A stretch of DNA of 64,000 nucleotides from Phoronis australis (taxonomy: Eukaryota; Animalia; Phoronida), in assembly GCA_002633005.1 (NCBI GenBank), contig NMRA01000024.1, forward strand, positions 893,786 through 957,785, in the 5' to 3' direction. Numbering within the stretch: position 1 is the first letter of the stretch; every line of letters starts with the position of its first letter. The notes beneath the pieces are model-generated. The model saw nothing but the letters and a program-made list of their open reading frames with translations, was not told the origin of the DNA and ran no database searches. Shown one piece after another: positions 13,723-29,086 of this stretch. A program made the position numbers and the translations under genes.

Positions 13723-15220
13723 TCGTAGACTCGCAGTGACAATGGATTTTGTGAAATCAATAAGGTTTTATTGTATTGGAAAGATTACAAGCGAGGATTA
13801 AAACTCCCGGTTATAGATTTTATTAATACCGCTTTGATAAGGTTCCTCATGTCGGCGTGGAGAAACTTTACAAAGCGTGTAAAACAATTTCTGAATCCAA
13901 TGAGATTGTATATTGTGTTAAAACAGCTGAGCACTGCGCTTTGAATGCCAATAAAGCCGTGGTAATAAATGAACTCATTGAAATATGCTGATTTGCAAGA
14001 TAAGCACGGGTTCGTTTTTCTGGCGATGAATGGAAATGAACAGAACTGAACATTGCCCAGGAAAACAAACTTACAAATACAATCGTTACAGTCTAAACGT
14101 TTATCCATGGGAGCGGATTGACCCAGAAACCTGCTGACCAGAGTTGCAAATTCCATTCCGGGGTGTGAATTAAAGAAATGAACCTTTTTCTATTTCAAAG
14201 AGCACAGCTGACATACCAGTAATCTCTGTCGTCCTTTTAGGTCTTGACTTATTTCCATAAAACTTTACATATCTAATGCCACTCTTAAACTGAGCGGGGT
14301 TTTTTTTGAATTTTTCGCAGCATATTCAATGCTCGCGGGTTAAAATGTACTAAAAAAAAAACAGGCGCATCCCCTGGGAGAGCTACTCCGCTATTTTTAA
14401 CAGGGTGGCCCTCTGGAAAAGCAGCGGGATATACCCATCCTTTTAGAGATCGGTTAGCACGTTTGGAACCTAGCAGGGCCGGAATTATTGTGAAAAACAC
14501 CCTTTCGTTGTGGTTTCATTCAATAGCCCCAAACAGCCTTTGGTCTGTAACCAAACCTGATTTGAACAATAAACACTTCTATGCAGTTTTGGTTTTGCAA
14601 AAGTCGACCATTTTTCACAGTTCCTAACCCATCCCGTTACCGCCACCTGTGTGAGTAATCCTCCGGCTCGGGGCAATCTCACTTATTTAAAGCTTCTATC
14701 ATACAACTCACTTTCAGTCAGAATATTACTTTTGATTAAGACCACTCATCGCTATAAATATGGTCTCAACTTGTTCTTGACTCAATTGAGTCTAATTTCT
14801 GCACTCGGAAAAAACTGACCGTTCGTGCTTGAAACCGAGCTCGGTGCATTAAATGACACGCCGTGACAAGCCTGATCCTCAGCAATAAAGAGGTGTAAAC
14901 TCTTCATGAGTCCAAAAATCTCCTCCAATTTGAAGAACAGTTCGAGACCAGTTTTAGAACGGTTAGCGGTCTATCTTAAAAGTCAGTTTTTAGGCGGTAC
15001 ATTATGTGAACTACGATATATTTAGACTTATTGTGTCACTTTTTATGATTTACATCGTGATCAAGTGCATTGGACAGAAAATACGTTTGTTATTAAATGA
15101 TGCAATTCTCTCCCGGTTCGCACGTCAATACTTTCTTTTCCTCTTGAAAGACATATACTTCTAGTTGAATCACTTCCGAATACCATAAGAACAATACTCG
15201 CTGGTCAACTTAGTGTCTAA

Positions 15221-19965
<4,745 letters not shown>

Positions 19966-19994
19966 TGCTGGATGCCCAAACACTTTGTGCATTA

Positions 19995-20034
19995 TACCAG
20001 GAAGTCATTACTAGGAGTTAATGACTTTCTGGTA
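19995..20034. repeat. 16-bp-stem hairpin 30 nt downstream of the HS3ST stop
   Basis: TACCAGGAAGTCATTA-ctaggagt-TAATGACTTTCTGGTA, with one G-T pair. Confidence 0.8.
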
Positions 20035-21019
20035 ATACTAATACTGCCACAATAAGAAACCGCTCTACATCCAAAACAAATGAAAGCGCCCAACAGAGCG
20101 ATACCTATGAAATTGAATTAGGATGACGATAATGATGATGAAGACGGTTCCTTGTCTCCCCCGTGCGTCCTGCGCCTGTACATAGAAAATTTTAAACCGC
20201 GGAGCATTGGCTCTGGTAAAGCCAAAATTAGGCAATGATGTTCTCACATGCGTCATCTATTGCTCAAGAACTATAAACTCCCAGTTATTTTTCAATGTAT
20301 GTTCGTACATTTATTAAGATTTACAATAACATGATACAAAAACCATTACACAAAAGACAAATCATTAGATTTAGATACTGACGAGATAGTTAGTACAATG
20401 TTAACATTTCACGACGATCTCATGAGAAACACTAGGTGTGGTGATGCGCGCACAAACAAGAACCAAGACAACGCGTAAACTGACGAATGAAATCAATTTA
20501 ATCAACATCAGTAACAATAAAACATGGATGAATTCCAATTAAAATAGTAATCCACAAGCAAAGGATTAATTCTGACTTCAAAATAAAGAAAACCATTCGC
20601 CGGCGGCAACCATGACTCGAACCCAAGTCTCAGAACTACTCGTAGTATAAGACTGCATTTCAACCTGTTCAACCTGTTGGCTCAAAATGAAAACAGAATT
20701 AATTTTCACTCCAATAAAACTGGACCCATAAAATTCCTTACCGTGATAGAACTCTAGCAAAAGCATCGAAACCACAAGCGGCTAATAGAAACGCTTCAGA
20801 ATTTATTGGGGAAGGCTAATCAAAATCTGAATTCGAAAATGACGCCTGTATGAATTTCCTGCGAATTGTTCTGCTGGCACATTTTCGCAACAATTCAAGA
20901 TCGGACATGCCTGCAAATGGGCTTAAACCCTCAAAGCATTTCTGTTAAGAATTCAACATTGACATCTAAACACGGGCGATAAACAGCTTTAATCAACAAG
21001 AGCACATAACCTCAATTGA

Positions 21020-21097
21020 CATGGGCGGCGCAGCACTGAAAAATGTGGGGCTATAATAGCCCCCCTCCCCCCAGCCCCCTGTGGTGCGCGGCCCATG
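21020..21097. mobile_element. Tiny GC-rich element with inverted ends (possible hAT-derived MITE remnant)
   Basis: CATGGGCGGCGCA ... TGCGCGGCCCATG. No target-site duplication seen. Confidence 0.4.
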
Positions 21098-21604
21098 ATT
21101 AGTCATAACATAATAATATAACGCATGGTGAAGGAAGGAAATTCAACAATCTTATATGCCTTTAAAAACCTACCAAAGATTCCTGATTAAGAATAAAAAT
21201 AAGCGTTTTACAAATGGGTTATAGCTTAAAAATCTTGGAGCTACAAACATGTCACTGAAGGTTTCATACGATCTCAAAGTGATTTATTTCTAAACTCTCC
21301 AGGTTGTCTCAAAAGTATTTGAAGCCAGTGGCACCATGTTGAGCTCTAGTCCGCCCTCGGCTCGTTGCTCGTGATTTTTGAAAGAGGATACATGTTCACA
21401 CTAAAGTTGATAATAGTCCGGGAAATTCTGCTGTTGAGATTACGCAAAATATGACGAAAGGTTCGCTGTACCCATTAGACATTCGAGAGAACTGCCCATA
21501 ATGCTAAAAATTATATTTGGCTCCCGTCAATGGTTGTTTTGGAAATTGATGCGGTGATTCGGTAATTTTGTAAGTTGTTTATTTTTGAAGAAAAAATTCA
21601 CCTG

Positions 21605-22042
21605 GGGGTGGGATCTATTTTTTTACTCGGAATCGAACTCGAAAATACCTTTGTCATTCACCATTCTTCTGTAATAAAAACTGCAGATTATTATCTATTA
21701 TTGTGTGTTTGATTATACTATGGATGAAGCAAACTTCTTTGTAGTTCAACGTCGCACTTGGTAGCCCCTAGATTCGAGTTACTTATTTGAGATTTCTTGT
21801 AAAAACTCGAAGTTCGGAGTTCAGACTATCTAATTTATGGCTTTGATACTGGGGTCATCAAGTGCAAAACATGGTTACACAGTCGTCTACGTACACCATA
21901 ATATTGATTTTCTCGATCACAGAATGATAAACTCTTATCTTGAGTTCATAGCAAAGTAGAACGGAAAATGTTTTAACATCGAAATCAATTTTAAAAATTG
22001 ATTTCGAGTTCGATTTCGAGTAACAAGATTAGTTCCCTGCTC
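21605..22042. mobile_element. MITE with ~40-bp imperfect TIRs (PIF/Harbinger-like)
   Basis: Left GGGGTGGGATCTATTTTTTTACTCGGAATCGAACTCGAAA versus right reverse complement GAGCAGGGAACTAATCTTGTTACTCGAAATCGAACTCGAAA. Flanked by CTG and CAG. Confidence 0.7.
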
Positions 22043-22284
22043 CAGATATCAGGCAAAAAGGTGCGACAATGCTCTTTTACTACGTTCAAACCCACTTTAG
22101 GGCTGCGATTGACTGTACTGACGTGCTGGTGTCAACGGCCGAGAAGGGAGTGACACGATTGTCTATATTGTAATGATTATCGCTGAGTTAAACAAGCCAC
22201 TTAGTTCAAAATTATGTTGAATCATGTGTTCGTGAGGCTTTTGAAAAGAGAAGATTAACTCTGTTCAAAATAGATGCAGGCCTG

Positions 22285-22534
22285 GGGCCCGTTCCAACAA
22301 AACTGACTTAGCTAAGACAAATCTTAAAATTTTTATTAAATTTTAAGGTAAAAGTGGAATTTGTCTCAAAACCATTTCAATAAAGAGATCTTAAGTATGA
22401 CTTAAGTGTTTGACATAAGTTTTGTCTTAATTTTGATTAACTTTCCGAATGTGCAAATTTCAAAGTTTGGAAGTTAAGACAAATCTTAAACTTAAGTCAA
22501 AAACGAACTTAAGTCAGTTTCTTGGAACAGGCCC
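22285..22534. mobile_element. 250-bp PIF/Harbinger-type MITE
   Basis: TIRs GGGCCCGTTCCAACAAAACTGACTTA and TAAGTCAGTTTCTTGGAACAGGCCC. CTG target duplication at 22282-22284 and 22535-22537. Internal TTAAG-rich subrepeats. Confidence 0.85.
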
Positions 22535-22756
22535 CTGCTCTCTTACTTCAGTATAAGTTTTGAGCATCGTGTTTAGTTTCTAAAATCGAACGTCCATTGT
22601 TATCGTTCGTTGACGCGTGGGAAATGTTGACGAAACCTTGATGAAGCACTGCCCCGGCACCCACGTTACAGTGTACTTCTGGAGACATACATCCTACTTC
22701 AGCTGCGGGAACCAGTAAAAATGAAACAGACAAATCGGGGTACTGCAGCGACACCT

Positions 22757-25700
22757 TTAGTCCACATTGTAGTATTCATTTTTCGAACGACCGTGCTCCC
22801 AACTGCCGTAATCCTCCAGAGTTATGTAGGATGCCGTGCTTCTGTTCTTTCGTCTAAAAAATAAGAATGAAGAAATAATGGTATCATGCTTTAAAGATGG
22901 ATAGACTGAATACGAGGAAACTAATCCTACGAACTCTTAAAGGGACAGTTTCCCTTCTTTAGCTGTCAATGTTCAATTTTGAAGACGATGTTAATTGTTT
23001 TCGTGAGGGGGGAGAGATATTTAACCCAGTTGAAGGCACGTCCTGCCAATCCCTTTCCATCTGGGAGAACTCCCGGGTTTGCATCACCAGGAACGTAATG
23101 CGTCGGGAAGGACAGCCGTGTGTATCGTAAACTGCCAGCTGAGGGTCCAGTTATATTCAAGATAAACGCGTTCACTTTTTGAGTGCATTCATGGTTTTCG
23201 CCCATTGGCTCTCGTTGGTTTCGCAGTATGACAGGGGTAGAGTGCTCTACGCTTCATTCGTTGACCTCACTCGTTATCTTATCATGACATCGGGTTATCA
23301 CTAAAAACTTCTTAAAATAGCTTATCAATATTAGTTAATTGTCGTCCATTTTCATCACAGCCATTTTACTGCTTAAATTTTATTTCAGGAAGGGAGCGGG
23401 ACGCATATTTAGTTTCTTTGATTGTGAAATTTCCTGGATGGATAAGGATTTTACAGTTCAAGATTTTTATGATTTGCTATCAATTTGAACTTAAAAAGAA
23501 CTTCGAAACCATCAGCGTATCAGAGTTTACTGAGTTTGGCTCCCGAATTCGAACCTATGCATGGCCTATCACTTGAGTCGATTGCGGAGACAGAATCTTT
23601 TCTATGCAAGGAATGATTAAGAGTACGAGACTGGTTTCACGAGTGTAATAGGCCTACTTCGAGTCGATTTTCGTTTTTTCTGCCAACAAGGCGAAACACA
23701 GCTTTAATTGTAAACGGTTCATGATAGCGACTGTTGATATAAGCACGTCACAACAATAACAGTAAAATAACAATGGGAATGTAAAAACTGCTAAAATTAA
23801 AAAGAAGAATTATGATAACAGTAACAGCACACGGGATGGTAAAAAATGACAAGTGAGCCATTTGTATATACCTGAGCAGATTTTTTCATAAAGTATTTTG
23901 TTGATGTCATGAAGAACGTATCGTTCGCAACGCATTGTTACCGGAGGATCAGACAACTTTCCTACATTTGAATGCTAAGTAGATGCCACACATATAAATT
24001 ACAACCGCCCGTACTCTACATTGGCCTTCTTTTACTGAACTCGGTCAAACCGTGACTTGTTTGCTTCCTGTTTATTTCATCAAATGGGTTAATTTACACA
24101 ACATGGACTGGTTTTCTGAATTTGCTTTGATGTGGCGAGCTTGTAAGTTCGTCTAAGATAGATCGAACTCTTGAGTTGTGTGGACCAAGAAAACCTACAG
24201 GAGCTCGCATCGTGTTACAATATGGTAAAAAAACAGGAATATCCTTTTAAAAGTTTACTATGATGACGCCGAAATTTCTGCATTTAACATAAAATTAAAA
24301 TGGACCTATATTTCACTTAAAGACACCGTTTTGATAGGGCTGTCCAACCCTTCCAAAACAAGGCCGCTTCATCGCATGGTATAAACCTACTGCTATCGTT
24401 AGACGAAAAACTTCGAGACCAGTTTGTTAGAGTTCACCATGGGTTTCGCCTTTAAAGGAAACAAATCATTATATTTGTGAACGTAGTTCTGGTCAACATA
24501 CTAAGATTTTCTTACTAAAAAATGTATTTTGTTTTGTGTTTTAGTCTATTTCCATGCAAACCAAATTCACATTCACATTCACAAAAATATCCACTCCTCA
24601 AACCGTACATGTGACGTGGTGTGCAAGTTCAAAAATGGCAGCCGTGGCGGCCATCAGTCCAGTCGTATTTCCTTGATTTCCCGTTTCGATACATGTGCTC
24701 AATGGCCAAGTCGTCCGATGATTTTCGATCCCAGCCCCGGTACAACAGCAATTTGTCAACAATTATGCCAAATTTAGATGTAAACGTTGATAAAACTTTT
24801 CCGTTTTGGAATGATTGTAAGTTTTGTTTTTATAACAATGTACCCTGAAGGCTCAAAATACTTTTCACAATGAATAAAATATGCCATGATAAAAGCAAAA
24901 CTCACCTTTAAGGCCTAAAGTAAATGCTTTTCTAAGAATTTTGTAAGCGACATGAAATAGGTCATTGTGAATAATCTTTGCGAAAATATTTACCCACCTA
25001 TGCATGAAGTAGATAAATCCGAAGACGAAGAAAGCTAAAAGTGGGATGCAGATTCCTAGCGCAACTTTGCCCCCAAGAGTCAACGTGTCTCCACCGCTGG
25101 AATTGTCAATAGTTGGCGATGGCCCTGAAGGGTTGACAATGTAGGTCCCAGTTGTTGCAACTGGCGAGGTTTTGTCACCCGTCGAAATCGGTGACGACGT
25201 CGCATTGGGAACATCAGTCGTAGACACCGATGTTGGCGATGTTTTTTTGCTCGTATTTGATGTCGTTTTTGAAGAAGAAACAGGCGTCGGACGTAATGTT
25301 TTGATACTTGTTTTAGTCGTAGACTTAGTCGGAGTAACTGAGGAAACAGGCGTCGAACTTGATGTTTTGATACTTGTTTTTGTCGTAGACTTAGTCGGAG
25401 TAACAGAAGAAACAGGCATAGAACTTAATGTTTTGGTACTTGTTTTTGTCGTAGACTTAGTCGGAGTAACAGAGGAAACATGCGTAGAACTTGATGTTTT
25501 GGTACTTGTTTTTGTCGTAGACTTAGTCGGAGTAACAGAGGAAACAGACGTCGAACTTGATGTTGTGATACTTGTTTTAGTCGTAGACTTAGTCGGAGTA
25601 ACAGAGGAAACAGGCGTCGAACTTGATGTTGTGATACTTGTTTTTGTCGTAGACTTAGTCGGAGTAACAGAGGAAACAGACGTAGAACTTGATGTTTTGG

Positions 25701-28700
25701 TACTTGTTTTTGTCGTAGACTTAGTCGGAGTAACAGAGGAAACAGGCGTCGAACTTGATGTTGTGATACTTGTTTTAGTCGTAGACTTAGTCGGAGTAAC
25801 AGAGGAAACAGGCGTCGAACTTGATGTTGCGATACTTGTTTCTGTCGTAGACTTACTTGGAGTAACAGAGGACACAGGTGTCGAACTTGATGCTTTGGTA
25901 CTTGTTTTAGTCGTAGACTTACTCGGAACAACAGATGTATTAGAAAGTTGAGAAGAGGTTTTGGCACTCATGGTAGAGGGCGCTGTTGTTTTCGTGGTAC
26001 TTTTTGTTGTGATACTGGATGATACTGATGTTGTGCCCGGAGTGGGCGATCTGCTTGTTGACGTCGATGGATTGGAAGTAGGTGTGGTGCTTGCTGTACT
26101 CTTGGTGGCTGCCAGCGTCGATGACCAGGTGGTGGTTGTACTTGGCGAGGGTGAACCTCTCGATGGAATTGCATTCGAAGTAGGTTGCGTGCTTTTGGAC
26201 TGAACTGCGCTGACTAAAAATAAAATGCACACCAATAAATGAAAAATACGCTTTTCATTTTTTGCACCAGATTACAAAACAAAACAAGTTTCTCATAATA
26301 GGATAATATCACTTTGAAAATTACAACCGTCTTTGTGTTTGTCTAATTTTTTGGGAAAAGTGAATGTCAGAGTTATTTGTTGTCCAGTTTGTGGCGCATT
26401 AGTAGAATTTCGTTAAATCAGTTTAAAATTCTGTTTTAAATTCTGTTTAATTCTAAAAGGTGATGTCGCACTGAACAAGCATCATTTGGGCACTCAAATA
26501 ATTTCTAATATGGATAAGGAAGAATTTTAGTGATCTATAATATGATGACTATTGTCAATGCTGGTAAAGTCTTAGGGAGTTAATCTACAAAAAAAGAACA
26601 TATGTCAACCAATTATGAACGTTACCAGTAAGACTTTGAAAAAATCGCATTTGCTAATAAGAACCCAAAAGACGGCTGTGGTGGAAGCGTTGATAAGTCG
26701 ATAATGTTTTCGAAATAGAATTAAAATGATGTCTAAATCCAGGAATTTAAAAAATAAACACAAAAGTGTATTTGAATAAATGAGTAAGATTGTTTCCTCA
26801 CGATCGTAAGACTTTGGATACTTACAGGTAAATGGTTACACTTACAGGTAATCCGCTACACTTCACTACAGGTAATCTGTAAGTATGCGTACCTACCCTA
26901 CTCCCCTAATCTCCAAGAAATTGAACAAATGAACGTAATACATGTACGTGTTTAGTGAAAAATTATTTATAGAATTTCAGATGAGCTTTCCCAGTTCGGT
27001 GAAAACACTCTGTTTTGAAGAAACGGTTTGTCAAAAAACAAGAGTCATAAAATAATTGATTTCGATAGTACAGGTCGACGACATCATAAACATGGCTTAC
27101 GTTTGAGACGTTAAGAGAAGTGACTAGGACCCCTTTACGTGGATCACATTGGTACGAAGATTAATTGAGCTTGTTCTTGAATTCGTTCCTGTGTAGTTTA
27201 CTGAAAATGTTCAATGCAGTCATGGTTTGGGGCATTAATGCTCTCTACCTAATATGCAAATGTCGAAAGACGTTACTCAAACTGACGCGTCGAGCAATGT
27301 CTGAAATCATTCCAAGCCATGAAAACAATGGATTTCCGTCGCCAAGCATAACGTTCACGGCGACCGATTTTGACCGAAATTGTGAGTAACAGCCTAGCCT
27401 GACAGGCTGTATGAGGGTAAAGGTCAGATCCTCCTACAAAAGTTTTCTAAAATGTAGCGACATGCTCCGGCCGCTAAGCGTACACCATTGTCAAGCTTTA
27501 GTCAGAGAATGGATACATTTACTACACTGCGTGTATCGTAACCGACTAAAGCGACGTCTTTCGTGAAAATGACACAGATACAATGCAAAGGAAATTCCAA
27601 AACACGCAAAAATACCAGAACAGGATTGGCTAACAATCATCGAATCACAATTCAGTGTAACAGTGTCAACGACCCATGGGAAACCTGTGCATTGGGTGAG
27701 GGCGTTTCTGAAGACCGAATGTAAATGGCTTCATGCAGTTTCAAGCGATAGCGATAAGTATCATTGTCAATGATCGTAAAGGTGTGTTTCTCAGCGGCCT
27801 CTCTACTAACAGCCTTGTTTTCCAGGTGTCTATTACATATATGAATTCATATCGCTAACTAGGTGTTCCTTCAGCCTTATATTCGAGTGGTGAGTTGTCT
27901 CACCAATATAAGTTACTTGACAACAGCTACACTCAAATTTATACACTACATGGGATTTTAGAGCGAAATGGATCTTATCCAAGTAGGCTTGCAACCTTGC
28001 ACGACTTTTAAGTCGTGCAAGGTTGTTGACGGTTGTTCGGCTTGTATTTAAAAATACAAGCCGAACAACCGTCATTTGCAATTAAACCTCAATGACAATA
28101 ATGAAATCGAGTACGATGTGCGTATAAAATATGAAAATACGGGAAAAGGCGACAAACGATTCCATCATCGGAGCCTCTTCCAAAAGGGGTTTCCCGCAAC
28201 TTGACAGTATATATAACTTCACAAATGCAGGAAAAGAGTGGCATCTGATTCTATCATGCGGCCCTCTTCTGACACCGGTATGAAAGCACCATTTCGAAAT
28301 GCAGGAAACAGTGACAACTGATTGTAAAGTCGGGGGCCGCTAACATGACGAGATGAGCAATTTCACAAAACGAAGAAAAGAACGTGACTTTATTCCATCA
28401 TCAGGGTCCCCCTTGAATACAAAAACTTATTTCATTTTCAAAATATGATACCCCCGTCAGGACGCCCCTTTAATGTAGATTGATATACGTAATCTTCAAG
28501 AAAAGGAAGGTCACTAAAATATTATGAGCCGAAAATGTTCAATGACGATTTCGTGGTAACGATGCTGTATTGGGTTTTTCACACATTCGTGTTTTATGAT
28601 GCCGACACCACATTAGGAATTGTAAGAAATTTCATACAGAGCACACATGTATTCGAATGTGAATTGTGTTCCTTTTCTCAGTTTCTTGGAAATCAGTGTA

Positions 28701-29086
28701 TTTGACACGGTACTGCGTTGTTCAGGAACATGAGTTCTGAGAAGAATACCGGGAAGCAAATTTGTTTTTATGAGAGAACACCACCACCACGTTCAATAAC
28801 AACAAGAACAATTCGACACGATGTTTTCATTCGTGACAAACAGGTGACAGTTCACAGGCAACGAAGTATTTCTTGCTCGGTCCAACATAACTTCATCGTC
28901 GTGAGAAAGTCACGCATGCTCACTGGCCCGTGAACAAGGATGACACGCGTAATGTAGGCTTGTTTCGACTAATGTCGGTTTGGATTCAGTTACTACTTGA
29001 CGGGGATATGTATAAGGATTACCTCAAGTTAACTTACCGAGAATTGTCAGTATTACAAGCGCAGTGATGTGCATGTCGCCGGCCAT
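22757..29086 (-). CDS. Mucin-like single-pass type I membrane protein, ~453 aa; exons 29086-29038, 26213-24998, 22853-22757
   Basis: Exons 1+2 form a signal peptide MAGDMHITALVILTIL-VSAVQS (G|GTAAGT donor, TTTTTAG acceptor). S/T/P/K-rich ectodomain, TM VALGICIPLLAFFVFGFIYFM, then AG|GTGGGT donor to an exon giving the tail RRKNRSTASYITLEDYGSWEHGRSKNEYYNVD*. Total 1362 nt in frame. Confidence 0.85.
25270..25930 (-). repeat. Coding 60-bp tandem repeat, ~11 copies (20-aa unit SSSTPVSSVTPTKSTTKTSx)
   Basis: Consecutive 60-nt lines are near-identical and frame is preserved throughout. Confidence 0.97.
27455..28081 (-). mobile_element. Penelope-like retroelement remnant (GIY-YIG endonuclease and 3' end) in intron 1 of the mucin-like gene
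   Basis: VVYKFECSCCQVTYIGETT...RLKEH, a frameshift, then HLEN...FTIID...LKLHEAIYI...PSPNAQ, matching the Penelope endonuclease C-terminus. Confidence 0.85.
28130..28470. repeat. Degenerate tandem repeat, ~60-85 bp unit, ~4-5 copies
   Basis: Recurring TTCACAAATGCAGGAAAAG...GATTCCATCATCGG...CCC-like blocks. Confidence 0.55.

Noticed and set aside
25270-25930. Regular repeats here and at 53471-53640 as a CRISPR array
   Set aside because: Contiguous tandem units with no unique spacers, no cas genes, and a eukaryotic context.
25172-25951. 259-aa plus-strand Val/Glu/Asp-rich ORF and the shifted-frame 180-aa minus ORF
   Set aside because: Shadows of the stop-free 60-bp repeat. Only the S/T frame has a signal peptide, TM helix and splice sites.
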